Shown piece by piece: positions 10,346 through 20,469 of a DNA stretch of 64,000 nucleotides. Origin of the DNA: a virus. Under the pieces are notes generated by a model. That model was given only the letters and a program-made list of their open reading frames with translations. It searched no databases and was not told the origin of the DNA. Numbering within the stretch: position 1 is the first letter of the stretch; each line of letters opens with the position of its first letter. The position numbers and the translations under genes are program-made. The stretch spans positions 9,471 through 73,470 of the IMG/VR virus record IMGVR_UViG_3300026484_000065; one strand, 5' to 3'.

Positions 10346-11086
10346 CTACATCAATAAGTTTTTAGTTGCAAAGTGATTGTTGGTACTATTTCTCTTTTTC
10401 CAGTACCCACACTTATCTCTCCAACCACAATAATATGCACATCTGTTTGGTTGCTTTTCTTTGTTTTTACCAAACTTCCAGATATCGCATTCTAATACTT
10501 CATCAGGATGCTCTATTAAATATTCAATCTCATTTGTTTTATCAATAATCATATCTTCAACCAAATCGAAATCATATGTTTCAATATCTACAAATGTATA
10601 TATATTCTTTAATACAGCAGAACCACCTTTGTTTAAAGCAAGTAGTTTGATTTGGTACTCTTCTCCAAGTTCTTTAAAAAGGAGATATCTATAGATATTT
10701 AATTGTGTTTCATAAGTACCAACATCACCAGATGCTACTTTTTTATAGCCTCCAGCAGACAATAACTTATAGTCATAGATAATCTTATCTTCGTGGTCAA
10801 TTAAATCAACTGTGCCCGTTATTGTCCAATTATTTACTTTGTGGCTGAGTGGTTTTTCTACCTCAAAACCATCCTTGCTTTTAAATATTTCCTCAAAGCC
10901 TTTATGAATAACAGAACCTAAAGTATTGTTACCAAATTCATCATCATCTGATGGGTCTCCATTCTTCCATCTCAATAAGAGCTGTTGATTTTCAAGGCCA
11001 AAAGATGATGCAGATAAAGACTTTGTGTGTTTTGGTACTCCATTATATTTAGTACCCTCTATAACTGCTTTGATTATTCGTTCCAT
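10346..11086 (-). CDS. PD-(D/E)XK Cas4-like exonuclease
   Basis: LSASS, GSVIHKGFE, TGTVDLID, YDYK, QLNIY, C-terminal RCAYYCGWRDKC. Confidence 0.85.
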   Translation of the reverse strand: MERIIKAVIEGTKYNGVPKHTKSLSASSFGLENQQLLLRWKNGDPSDDDEFGNNTLGSVIHKGFEEIFKSKDGFEVEKPLSHKVNNWTITGTVDLIDHEDKIIYDYKLLSAGGYKKVASGDVGTYETQLNIYRYLLFKELGEEYQIKLLALNKGGSAVLKNIYTFVDIETYDFDLVEDMIIDKTNEIEYLIEHPDEVLECDIWKFGKNKEKQPNRCAYYCGWRDKCGYWKKRNSTNNHFATKNLLM

Positions 11087-11095
11087 TCATTTCTC

Positions 11096-11629
11096 CTATC
11101 TATGTCTTTTCCTATATACTTGTCCCCTATAGCATTTATAAATATCATTAAACCAAATGCTTCTGACAAACGATCTCTGTTCATTAACAAAGCATTTATG
11201 TGTTTGATAATACTCAACCTGTTGTTGGATATCAATAGATAGTATAGACTTTGCATCTTCTTTTGTCTGCGTATCTATTGTTTTGGTACTACAATAGTTA
11301 TCTATATCTTTTAATTGTAAAGCTAATACTTTTAATTCATCTTCATAAGAAAATGATAACTTTGAATGATAGTGATGATAATCGTGCCATACTCTAGCTT
11401 TTATATTCACAGCTTGATTCTCATAGATTGATGATAGTGTACCGTCTCTACTGATAGTGAAGTACCCATCTTTATTTATTTCTTCTATAAACTCATTATA
11501 GTTATCTGTTGTTGTATCTTCTATCTCAAATTTAATGTATCTTGTAATATCAAATACAACATCTATAAGTAAGTCTATAGCCTTATTCCATCTGTGATCT
11601 AATTGTTTATAGATTTCATTATGTGTCAT
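11096..11629 (-). CDS. conserved phage hypothetical protein with a RxWHDxxH motif
   Basis: NIKARVWHDYHHY...SFSYEDE putative metal-binding motif. Confidence 0.6.
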   Translation of the reverse strand: MTHNEIYKQLDHRWNKAIDLLIDVVFDITRYIKFEIEDTTTDNYNEFIEEINKDGYFTISRDGTLSSIYENQAVNIKARVWHDYHHYHSKLSFSYEDELKVLALQLKDIDNYCSTKTIDTQTKEDAKSILSIDIQQQVEYYQTHKCFVNEQRSFVRSIWFNDIYKCYRGQVYRKRHR

Positions 11630-12245
11630 TTTCTTTCTCCTTTAAATAGTTGTACCCAATCAAAAAAGACTCAGCTAATCCATCTTCTGATGATTTAAAC
11701 TCTATGTTGTCTTTGGTACTATTTTTTTTATCAAATATGTTGATAATCCAACCATCGTTTCTAAACTCATTTAAGAGCTCTATAGCAAGTTTTATTGCTT
11801 CAGACTTATCTTTGGATAGGTTAAGGTTTTTCTTCCATTTATTGGCAGGTATAGGTTGTATATCAACATTATTCAATTCTGCTACAGCTAATAACTTTCC
11901 ATAGTTTCTAGCTACCGTAGAGCTGCTTCTACTGCTGTTGCCAGTTGTAATGCCTGGTTGTTCTATCTGCAAAACATCTATGCCCTTAAATAAGTCATTT
12001 ATACTGTGAACATCTAACTCATTATGAGACTTCTCAGGTGTTTTGATTATCTTTTTATATGAACCTTTGTTGGGTCCTGACTTAATCATAATCTTATTGT
12101 TTTTGCCATCCTTGGCAAACACAGTTATAGCTTCCTTGTCTATAATTTTACGAATAGGCATTGGGACAACATTTATAATCTTCCTTGATTCATTTATGAT
12201 TGTTATCCCTCCACTCAAACCAATATCGCATCCTGCTACAATCAT
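11619..12245 (-). CDS. RuvC-like Holliday junction resolvase
   Basis: IVAGCDIGLSGGI, QIEQ, PANKWKK, DGLAESFLIG. Confidence 0.85.
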   Translation of the reverse strand: MIVAGCDIGLSGGITIINESRKIINVVPMPIRKIIDKEAITVFAKDGKNNKIMIKSGPNKGSYKKIIKTPEKSHNELDVHSINDLFKGIDVLQIEQPGITTGNSSRSSSTVARNYGKLLAVAELNNVDIQPIPANKWKKNLNLSKDKSEAIKLAIELLNEFRNDGWIINIFDKKNSTKDNIEFKSSEDGLAESFLIGYNYLKEKENDT

Positions 12246-12763
12246 TTTAATTCCTTGCCTTTTGTAAAGAATAATTTGAGTATTTCTAGTTTCGTTTCGT
12301 CATGTTTTTGTCCTTCATTTGGTTGTGACCAAATATCTGAAAATTCCAGACAATCATATAGTTTTTTTAGTTCTTCTAATATTTTATTTATAGTATTTTC
12401 ATCTCTTTCTCTTTTGAGCTTCTTTTGAATAATACCCTCTTTTAAGTTCAATATTGTTTTGTAGTCCAAAAACAATACTTTTGTTTTTGGTACTTGCTGA
12501 AGAAATAAATGTCTATGTTTGTTAGATACATGGGACCTGTTTGCAGTTCGTTGGTTTACTACATACTTATCGTGTTCAATATTGTATTCAACAAGGGTAT
12601 TTTTGTATGTTCTTAATACTATAGAGTCACCAGTGAAATATATGGATAGATTTGAATACTTGTTTTCGTACACAATATTTATATCGTCAACATTGTCAAT
12701 TGTTGCATCTTCGCATGTATTTATATACAAAGATACTACTTTCTCATTTGTTAGCCTAGACAT
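12242..12763 (-). CDS. hypothetical protein
   Basis: 173-aa ORF overlapping the next gene by ATGA. Confidence 0.65.
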   Translation of the reverse strand: MSRLTNEKVVSLYINTCEDATIDNVDDINIVYENKYSNLSIYFTGDSIVLRTYKNTLVEYNIEHDKYVVNQRTANRSHVSNKHRHLFLQQVPKTKVLFLDYKTILNLKEGIIQKKLKRERDENTINKILEELKKLYDCLEFSDIWSQPNEGQKHDETKLEILKLFFTKGKELK

Positions 12764-12767
12764 GGTG

Positions 12768-13166
12768 CTAATCCCATAGCTTTAGCTTAGTAGCTAATTC
12801 TTTGCACTCTTCCTGTTTAACAAGCAACATATCTTCATTTGTTTCATAGAAGCAATTGCGTATCTTTTCTTTGTACCCCAGTTGATTTAATACTTGCTCA
12901 ACAATTTCATCAGGTGTTGCTTCAGTAAGCAGTCTATCGATTGCATAATGTACTGTCTTCTTTTTCTCTCTTAAAGAATTCGTACCGCTATGTCTTGAAC
13001 CGATATTTGTTGTAAGAGATTTTGCCAGATTTCCTTCGCTGAAGCTCCATTTCATATAGCGTGCTAAGGAGTCAATATCATCTACCCACTCTGGAAACTT
13101 GTAAAAATTGTTTTTACCGCCGTCTGATTTAATTTCTTTATTCATCTTATTTTCCTTTGCATTCAT
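12768..13166 (-). CDS. DUF3310-like protein
   Basis: SDGG..FY, FSEGNLAK, REKKKTVHYA pattern. Confidence 0.6.
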   Translation of the reverse strand: MNAKENKMNKEIKSDGGKNNFYKFPEWVDDIDSLARYMKWSFSEGNLAKSLTTNIGSRHSGTNSLREKKKTVHYAIDRLLTEATPDEIVEQVLNQLGYKEKIRNCFYETNEDMLLVKQEECKELATKLKLWD

Positions 13167-13169
13167 GTT

Positions 13170-13790
13170 CTATACAAGTCTATATTCGTTTTCTAGTTTT
13201 TGGTACAGTTCGATTTCAAAACTATCTAATGAGCATTCGTCAGCTAATTTGAACGCAGACACGTTATCTTCTTCGCCGTTCCAAATCTTAATATATTCCC
13301 CTTCTTTATACCCATGTTCTTGTCTAAATCTATTTAATACATGTTTAGACATATAAGCTTTGTAGATATCTTCCACATCCATATCTAGCTTCTTGAATAA
13401 AACTCCTATTGCTTCGGTACTATTTGATTTAACAATATCATTAATAACAATAGTGCCAATATCAAAAACATTGACTAGTTGACTACCAATGCCATCAAAG
13501 ATGTTATATCCAAATTCTTTATAGTTTGTACCGCTTGCAATAGCATGGCTGATTGCAAAAAATAGAATATCAATAGCTTCTACTTTAACATTGAACCAAT
13601 CTGCTTCATTCTTCTTCCAATGGTAGCAATTAGGTAAACTTTCTAACAGTTCACATGCTTCAATAATTTTATATTTTTCCCATCTCTCTGGTGATACAAA
13701 GTTCTCATTGAACGATTTATCCCATCCAATACCAGCTGTTTGATTATTTAGTTCCATTTGTTTGTTAAACATTTTTTTAATTAAATTCAT
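13170..13790 (-). CDS. dut: dimeric all-alpha dUTPase (Campylobacter type)
   Basis: QMELN, EACELLES, HWKK, VEAIDILFF, KHVLNRFRQEHGYKEGEYIKIWNGEEDN. Confidence 0.92.
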   Translation of the reverse strand: MNLIKKMFNKQMELNNQTAGIGWDKSFNENFVSPERWEKYKIIEACELLESLPNCYHWKKNEADWFNVKVEAIDILFFAISHAIASGTNYKEFGYNIFDGIGSQLVNVFDIGTIVINDIVKSNSTEAIGVLFKKLDMDVEDIYKAYMSKHVLNRFRQEHGYKEGEYIKIWNGEEDNVSAFKLADECSLDSFEIELYQKLENEYRLV

Positions 13791-13808
13791 TTTGTTTTTT
13801 CTCCAATA

Positions 13809-14627
13809 TTATAATTTCAGTTTATTTTTAAACTCTATATTCTCTACAACGCTGTCAGATAACTTTCCACCATTAATAAAGTATTGCGTGACAAGAGAAC
13901 TAATTAATCTTGCACCAATTTGATTTTCTTTATATGTATTTTTTATTGCTTCTTGGATGTCGCATACTGCTTTAGCATGCTCAGTGTTATATAGTTCACA
14001 GTACATTTTTAGCTCGTTTGAATCATTTACCATTTCTAGCATTGCTTCAAGTGACAGCTTTTCTATGTTAAACACCAATCCAACTCTACCAAGGAATTCT
14101 GTTTTGAGTCCAATATCCTGAAGCCTTTGTAAGTTTATATTATCTTCATTGTTAAACGCACCAGCAAACACGAATAATACTTTTGAGGTTTTGACTGTTA
14201 CATACTTTCCGTAATCACCAAAAACTTGAGTACTGTCTCCTTCGAGAACTTTTAGGAATTCATTCTGAACTCCTGTCGTAGATTCGTGGGCCTTTGAATC
14301 GTTGGAATTTCCACTAATGAAAAGTTTATCGAACTCATCAACAAAAACAACCGTCAATCTATTTCCAGCTTCATTTAGTGGAGACAATGCCTTTGATAAA
14401 CTGTTGCCAGCCATTCCTTCTTTTGTTAATGCTGCTGCATTAATTTCAATGTAATTTAATTTCTTAATTTTACATATTTGTTTTATGGTATAAGATTTGC
14501 CACTTCCGCTTGGACCAGTTAGAATAAAGTGTGGACGCAGTAATCCTTCACTAGCTTTGAATATGTCAAATATTTTCACCATTTTATCACTAGTTGCCTG
14601 ATATTTGTTTATTTTGTTTTGTTCCAT
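13809..14627 (-). CDS. ClpX/HslU-like AAA+ ATPase (short)
   Basis: GPSGSGKS, VFVDEFDKL, GVQNEFLKVLEG, VLFVFAGAF, GLKTEFLGRV, IGAR. Confidence 0.88.
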   Translation of the reverse strand: MEQNKINKYQATSDKMVKIFDIFKASEGLLRPHFILTGPSGSGKSYTIKQICKIKKLNYIEINAAALTKEGMAGNSLSKALSPLNEAGNRLTVVFVDEFDKLFISGNSNDSKAHESTTGVQNEFLKVLEGDSTQVFGDYGKYVTVKTSKVLFVFAGAFNNEDNINLQRLQDIGLKTEFLGRVGLVFNIEKLSLEAMLEMVNDSNELKMYCELYNTEHAKAVCDIQEAIKNTYKENQIGARLISSLVTQYFINGGKLSDSVVENIEFKNKLKL

Positions 14628-14660
14628 TGCTTTGTTCCTTTTTTTTATTGTTTTTTTTCA

Positions 14661-15077
14661 CTATTGAATATCGTTCAATAATTCTTCTATATATTTAGTA
14701 CCAAGTATCTCTTTCCCTAGTGCGCTGTCTAAAACATTATTTTCATATCCTATTCTGATACCATTTTTATATTCAATGTATTGAATATAATTATCGCCTT
14801 CCTCATATTCCATAAACTCCATGTTTAGTGTTGGTACTAATTTGAGTAAATCATTTATTAGTGGTTCTTCTTCACAAGACCACCTTCCATCACAATCAAT
14901 CTTTATGTCATATTTAATATCGTCATCACTAACTAACTTTATGTTATTGACAACAATTTTATATCTGTGTATGAAAGTTGTATCATCTTGTTGTTCCACA
15001 AACAGTTTCTTCACATTGAGGGCATCAAACACATTTAAGTCATATATATCTATCTGCGCCGTTGACCAGTTCGCCAT
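14661..15077 (-). CDS. hypothetical protein
   Basis: 138-aa ORF with AAGGA RBS; MANW start. Confidence 0.65.
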   Translation of the reverse strand: MANWSTAQIDIYDLNVFDALNVKKLFVEQQDDTTFIHRYKIVVNNIKLVSDDDIKYDIKIDCDGRWSCEEEPLINDLLKLVPTLNMEFMEYEEGDNYIQYIEYKNGIRIGYENNVLDSALGKEILGTKYIEELLNDIQ

Positions 15078-15089
15078 TATCCATCCTTT

Positions 15090-15698
15090 TTACCACCATG
15101 CAGAATATTCATATACTCTATCATCATTCCATCTAGCAAGCAGAGATTTTAAATCGTTAATATTTTCTTTCCTATCAAATTCATCTTGATACTCTTCGCA
15201 ATACTCTATAGCTTTAGCAAGAACTTCTTTTGAAAAGAATACAGGTGATAGACTTTCTGCACCCAGTTCGTCACACATATAATTATTAAAGGTATGATGT
15301 TTTCTAAAGTAAAATTCTTCGTGTCGTTCACCTTTCTTATGTCCAATATTCCTGTTTGTATCTCTTAGTTTTAACACTAACTCTTTTACTTTTTCTGCAT
15401 ATGGATTTTTTGTATTTGACAACAGCAATTGTGTAATTGCATAGTACCTATCTCTTCTTATCTCATTTTCCTCTAGATACGTAAATGGTAATCTAATATG
15501 ATAAATCAATTCCTTTTTTGAAAATTCTTTAAATAGTTCTCTATTCTTTAGTGCAATAAGAGCAATCTCTTCTCTAAACTTATCAGTGTTGAACCACTCA
15601 CTAAGAATAGATTCCAATTCGCCATCTAGCTTTGATTGCTCATCTTTAAGTTCTTTGTATGTTTTTGGGTACGAATAGATATTTTGATCTAGTTCCAT
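15090..15698 (-). CDS. hypothetical protein
   Basis: 202-aa ORF with AAGGAG RBS. Confidence 0.7.
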   Translation of the reverse strand: MELDQNIYSYPKTYKELKDEQSKLDGELESILSEWFNTDKFREEIALIALKNRELFKEFSKKELIYHIRLPFTYLEENEIRRDRYYAITQLLLSNTKNPYAEKVKELVLKLRDTNRNIGHKKGERHEEFYFRKHHTFNNYMCDELGAESLSPVFFSKEVLAKAIEYCEEYQDEFDRKENINDLKSLLARWNDDRVYEYSAWW

Positions 15699-15762
15699 TT
15701 TTACTCCTTAATATTCAGTTGTTTATTTGTTGGCACTAGATAAATAGTGCCAACAAGTATAT

Positions 15763-17178
15763 CTACGGTAAAGTAATTTGCTTACCACCTACAATTTTTG
15801 GATTCATCTCTCTACCATCATTTGTTACCAGCCAGATAGGATGAGATTTTTTCAATGTTGGATAATTTCCAATTAAAGATTCAATATCACTATACATATC
15901 TGATAAACTAATGAAGATTAATTCATCTTTTGAATTCTTCATAATCTGTTCCGCTCTATCAAACACAGCTTTATGAGAAGTGCCACCACTACCATGTCTT
16001 GTAGAAAAAGCTTCTCTAAACATAGAGTCGTTTTTAATATCATACTCATCATTTAGGTGGTACTCTTTAATAATATCTGTTGTATGAATTAACACATGCA
16101 CTTCATTAATCTTTTTAGATTTCTTTTTCATAACATATAGAAGTTTCTGCAAGTCTTCTGTATGAAATGAGCCTGATTGGTCAATGGCAATAATGAGCTT
16201 TAATTTTGTGTCTGCATTAATCTCAGTAGGAGCTTTATAGATATGTCTTAATTCGCTATCAATATTTTCCCATGATTGATAAGACTCATGAGTCTTGTGA
16301 TTAACTTGTACTTCAAAAGTACGTTTAAAATCTTTAAACCAATCTACATTAATTTTTACTTCATCAAATACTTGTTGAAATAAAGTACCAATACTTGTAC
16401 CTTTCGTTGCTGTAGAAATACTCTCTTCAATGCGTTCAGCTAATGCAGCCAACGTTCTATCTCTATCATCTTTTTTGATAGATTGAGCACCTTTAAAAGA
16501 ACCATTATCAATAGCTTTATCTTTCTGTTTCGTAACATAAGTTAAATCTGTATGTGTTACTTTTGCAAACTTACCTTTGAACTTTTTGATCTTTAGTTTG
16601 GTGCTATCTAATTGTGTAATGATAGTTTCTGCAGGTTCTAATTTGCCCCACGAATTAACAATGTAATCGATTGTCTTCCATTTATCTAACCCACTTGATT
16701 GACTAAGTAGCTCTTTAACAAATGTATTGATAGCTAATGTATTTGCTAATTCAATAAGATAGAATGGTTCCTCCCTATCTTGTACCAATCTAAACATTTT
16801 AGCTTCATGCGCATAAGAAAAGTACCCTCTAACAATCCACTGAATAGATTTTAAATATTGATATGTAAAATAAATAGTATGCTTCTTGGAAACTTTTAAA
16901 ATATGTTTTAGATGCTTATCATCTGCATATAGAATTGTAAGCTCTACTGCTTCATCTGTTACTTCTACAGATATTAATTCATCTAATTGTTGCACATCAA
17001 GTTTTTTGGTACTCTCTACTTCATCCGACTCTTCAAGAATAATCTTGATTGGTAGCTCAAGAAACAAACCTGTAGACAAGAAAGCTGTTTTGCTTTGTCC
17101 CATAACTTGATTTAAATCTACTACAACTTCTTTAAGAACTTCTCTTCTAAACTCTTTGATAAACTTTTCTTTAGTCAT
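15763..17178 (-). CDS. vWA-domain protein (DUF2201/N4 gp25-like)
   Basis: IAIDQSGS MIDAS motif, GGTS, SLSDMY; directly downstream of the MoxR-like ATPase. Confidence 0.8.
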   Translation of the reverse strand: MTKEKFIKEFRREVLKEVVVDLNQVMGQSKTAFLSTGLFLELPIKIILEESDEVESTKKLDVQQLDELISVEVTDEAVELTILYADDKHLKHILKVSKKHTIYFTYQYLKSIQWIVRGYFSYAHEAKMFRLVQDREEPFYLIELANTLAINTFVKELLSQSSGLDKWKTIDYIVNSWGKLEPAETIITQLDSTKLKIKKFKGKFAKVTHTDLTYVTKQKDKAIDNGSFKGAQSIKKDDRDRTLAALAERIEESISTATKGTSIGTLFQQVFDEVKINVDWFKDFKRTFEVQVNHKTHESYQSWENIDSELRHIYKAPTEINADTKLKLIIAIDQSGSFHTEDLQKLLYVMKKKSKKINEVHVLIHTTDIIKEYHLNDEYDIKNDSMFREAFSTRHGSGGTSHKAVFDRAEQIMKNSKDELIFISLSDMYSDIESLIGNYPTLKKSHPIWLVTNDGREMNPKIVGGKQITLP

Positions 17179-17255
17179 TTTTTTCTCCTGTTTTATTTAA
17201 TAGAAAGTTTATAATAAACTCCCTATTTTTAGCGTTAAATATAGTGTCTAGTGCC

Positions 17256-18440
17256 CTACAGAATATAATTACTTATTTTTTGAAGGAATGTCTTTTTGTC
17301 TTTGAAATCAACTTTCTCTAAAGCTTTCTCATCTTTCTTAGATAACTTGTATTTGGTACTATCAAATGTACCCATTAATTTCTCAAGCACAATTTGTTGC
17401 CCTTTGGTAATCTCTTCACCATTGACATTTTGAGAATATTTACTAGCCATTTCAGCAGACAAGAATCCAATAAACGTATCATTCTCATCTAATGCAGTAT
17501 TGATAAGATCAAGCATATATTTTGCATCTATAGGCTTAACTATATGATTAAAGATATATGAATATAAGATCTCATCAATAAAGTCCATGTCTTTGAAGTT
17601 TGGTACTATTTGTTTATTTACCTTTTCTTCAAAGTTGATAGAGTTAACATATTGCACATGTTTATTGAATTCTCTTGCAACATCATTAGACACAAAGCCT
17701 TTAGCAACCATATAAGCATTTTCACTAATAAATGCATTATCTAATGAATCTAGCATATTTGAAAAATATTCCCAGCTTCTTGGTGATGCTGAAGATTCAA
17801 GATCTTCTGTTTCTTCTTCGCTAATATAGCTTGGATTCTTTCTCACGAAAGATGAAACATACATATTTAGTTTGGCACCAAAATTATCAATCCAGTATTC
17901 GCTGTTTAACTCAACTTCAACTAGCTGCATTCTATCTTTAACTGGTGTATCCATTAACTGCATACCAGCAGCTTCACTATCATTCATAGTTAGTACAATA
18001 GCTACTTTATCGTGCAGCCTATATTGTCCCATACGTCTATCTAATAATAATTCGTATAGAACTGCTTGGGTAGATCTATTTACCTTATGAACATCATCTA
18101 GTAGTACCACACATCCACCATGCTTTTCAGCTTCAAGGTTAGCTCTAACAACTAATTCAGGAGCTGTCCACTCTGTAACCTTTGATTGTGTTAGTCCATC
18201 AATTTTGTATTTATTCAGTTCTTCTGCATCTACAAAATCTGGTAATCCTAAATAATATTGAATTCCTCGTGATGGCATAGATACTTCTACTGTTGGTACT
18301 CCTAATTCCTTAGCAATTGTTTTCACACTGCTTGATTTACCTAGTCCTGGCTTACTTTTTAAACAAATAGGCAGAACCTGTTTGTTATCTAATTGTGCTT
18401 TTACATTAGCTCTTAATAATTGCATTACCGTGTTATTCAT
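17256..18440 (-). CDS. MoxR-like AAA+ ATPase (N4 gp24-like)
   Basis: SKPGLGKSS, LLDDV, TQAVLYELLLDRRMG, SPRSWE. Confidence 0.88.
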   Translation of the reverse strand: MNNTVMQLLRANVKAQLDNKQVLPICLKSKPGLGKSSSVKTIAKELGVPTVEVSMPSRGIQYYLGLPDFVDAEELNKYKIDGLTQSKVTEWTAPELVVRANLEAEKHGGCVVLLDDVHKVNRSTQAVLYELLLDRRMGQYRLHDKVAIVLTMNDSEAAGMQLMDTPVKDRMQLVEVELNSEYWIDNFGAKLNMYVSSFVRKNPSYISEEETEDLESSASPRSWEYFSNMLDSLDNAFISENAYMVAKGFVSNDVAREFNKHVQYVNSINFEEKVNKQIVPNFKDMDFIDEILYSYIFNHIVKPIDAKYMLDLINTALDENDTFIGFLSAEMASKYSQNVNGEEITKGQQIVLEKLMGTFDSTKYKLSKKDEKALEKVDFKDKKTFLQKISNYIL

Positions 18441-18879
18441 TTGTTTCTCCTTGATTGTATAGTTTTAATAGCTCTTCAGCTTCTTTTGTTTCTTTATGAA
18501 AAATTAATTTCATCACATATGATTTGAATGTTTTATCTACTGTTGCGTAGTCTTTGTAGCTTACATTATCAAATGACTTCATTTTATTGATGTAAACAAT
18601 CATTAGTCTTAATGGGTACTTCAAGTAGGCTACGGCTTTAACTTTGTCTTTTACAAAATCAATTGTTTTATAGTTGTTGGTAAATATATTTTCTCTTGTA
18701 AAACCAAGTGACATATCAAATGAAGGACTATAAACTTTGTCTACTTTGTCAAATACGACTCTTTTTGTTTTATGTAATTTTGGATGTTTTGATAATTGTG
18801 TTTTTGAAGTTGTATTAAGGATGACTTCTTTTAGAGTTGCATACTCTAGTCCCGTCATAACTATTTGCTCATTATTCAT
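18433..18879 (-). CDS. hypothetical protein
   Basis: 148-aa ORF, translationally coupled on both sides. Confidence 0.7.
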   Translation of the reverse strand: MNNEQIVMTGLEYATLKEVILNTTSKTQLSKHPKLHKTKRVVFDKVDKVYSPSFDMSLGFTRENIFTNNYKTIDFVKDKVKAVAYLKYPLRLMIVYINKMKSFDNVSYKDYATVDKTFKSYVMKLIFHKETKEAEELLKLYNQGETNE

Positions 18880-19771
18880 TTGTTTCTCCTTTTAATTCTC
18901 TTTGTAATCTTTTACCTAATTTGCCCAATACATTTAAAGATTCTATAGCCTTGTCTAAATCTTCCAAAGTTATCTGTTTGTTTGATATATCTTCTAAATG
19001 CTCATTGATTTGATTGTGTATATTTTTAAATTGCATATGGTTCTCTCCCAAGTAGAGTCTGAATACCAATAGCATAGCTATCTGTCCATTTCTGAACGAT
19101 GTCTTTTTAAAGTCTAAGGTGTCTACTGTTAGATCTAAGGCTGCATGCACTTTGTTTGCAAATGTTTTATTTGCATCGCTAGTACAAAGTTTTAAATTCC
19201 ACGTAAACCACAAGGCACTTCTATATCCGCTATGGTAAAAAACCTTTTTATCCACTTTGCTCAACACTTTACTAATGTAATTGAATTGATCATATCTGTT
19301 TCTATGTTCTGTTTCAAGCTGGATATTGATGTTTCTATAGTACGTGCTTTTAAAATTAGTTAATCGAAGAATCAAAATACCTTTATTTACTGCATTTAAA
19401 AGAATATAGCTTTTATCATCTGTCAAATGTATACTTTTTACAAATTCTGCAATATCATCCAGCATACTAGCAAATTGATTGCGCATTACATGAGTTAAAA
19501 ATACTGTTTCTATTGTAAACGCATACTCATCTAATTGTCTTTTACTTAAAACATCAAAAGACATAATCTTTTTAGATATGGTATATTTATGCAAAGCATT
19601 GGCCATCAATTTATTCAATAATGTTGCTTTGTATAGAAGAGGTATTTCTTTGTCGTTATATTCATGTATTTCATTAAACAAAGATTTAACTTTGGGCCTA
19701 GTCAAAGGTTCATTGATTTTGTTCTCTAAAACTAAATAAACTAATCTATTAACTCTAAATTTCTTTTCCAT
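18872..19771 (-). CDS. hypothetical protein
   Basis: 299-aa ORF with AAGGAG RBS. Confidence 0.75.
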   Translation of the reverse strand: MEKKFRVNRLVYLVLENKINEPLTRPKVKSLFNEIHEYNDKEIPLLYKATLLNKLMANALHKYTISKKIMSFDVLSKRQLDEYAFTIETVFLTHVMRNQFASMLDDIAEFVKSIHLTDDKSYILLNAVNKGILILRLTNFKSTYYRNINIQLETEHRNRYDQFNYISKVLSKVDKKVFYHSGYRSALWFTWNLKLCTSDANKTFANKVHAALDLTVDTLDFKKTSFRNGQIAMLLVFRLYLGENHMQFKNIHNQINEHLEDISNKQITLEDLDKAIESLNVLGKLGKRLQRELKGETNE

Positions 19772-19878
19772 TTGTTTCTCCTTAAAATTTTTATTGTCTT
19801 ACATAGGACTCCAGCTAATACATCTGTATTGCTTTGCTTCAGCTTTTAACGTTAATCCAGCTTGGACGTATGATTAAG

Positions 19879-20469
19879 CTACATCAGCTTATTGAGCTTC
19901 TTCAGTGCCCTAAATATTTCAACTCTCGTTTTTTTATCACGTAATTCTTTTTTGTCCATAGACTTCATTGCTATCACAATGTTTTGATATCTATGTATAA
20001 TATCTTTGTCTTTATGGGTATCAAATATAAATAAGTTAATCTTTCTGTTGCTTACATCATAATAAATTAACAATTCTATGATATTGCGCCATTCTTTTCC
20101 TATTTTATCGTTGTTAATATTTTCATCTTTTGAATTAATTAAATCCACTATCAATATCTCTGATGGCACATTAGCAATAGTTACAGACTTTTTTAAACTA
20201 TGTGAAATAGCAGCAATTGAACCATAGGTATCCTTGTGTTGAACAGTATGATTTAAAATCTTGTTTTCTTTAGCATACTCTTTTATTATTGCTCTGCCAT
20301 TGTTTAGAAAGTCATATTTGGTTACATTATTAGACAATAATTTGCTAACATCATCACGACTTATTACAATATCGTAACCACTACTTTCAATCTCAACGCC
20401 AAGCGCTCTGCTTCCTATTAGTTCTCCACCGTTTGATAATAATTTTTCTACTGTCATCCTAGCTCCCAT
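19879..20469 (-). CDS. possible degenerate nucleotidyltransferase-like protein
   Basis: LIGSRALGVEIESSGYDIVI resembles the GS..DxD motif, with one Asp missing. Confidence 0.45.
   Translation of the reverse strand: MGARMTVEKLLSNGGELIGSRALGVEIESSGYDIVISRDDVSKLLSNNVTKYDFLNNGRAIIKEYAKENKILNHTVQHKDTYGSIAAISHSLKKSVTIANVPSEILIVDLINSKDENINNDKIGKEWRNIIELLIYYDVSNRKINLFIFDTHKDKDIIHRYQNIVIAMKSMDKKELRDKKTRVEIFRALKKLNKLM

Noticed and set aside
10346-11086. Cas4 as part of a CRISPR-Cas system
   Set aside because: Stand-alone Cas4-like nucleases are common in phage replication modules; no cas1/cas2 or array is present
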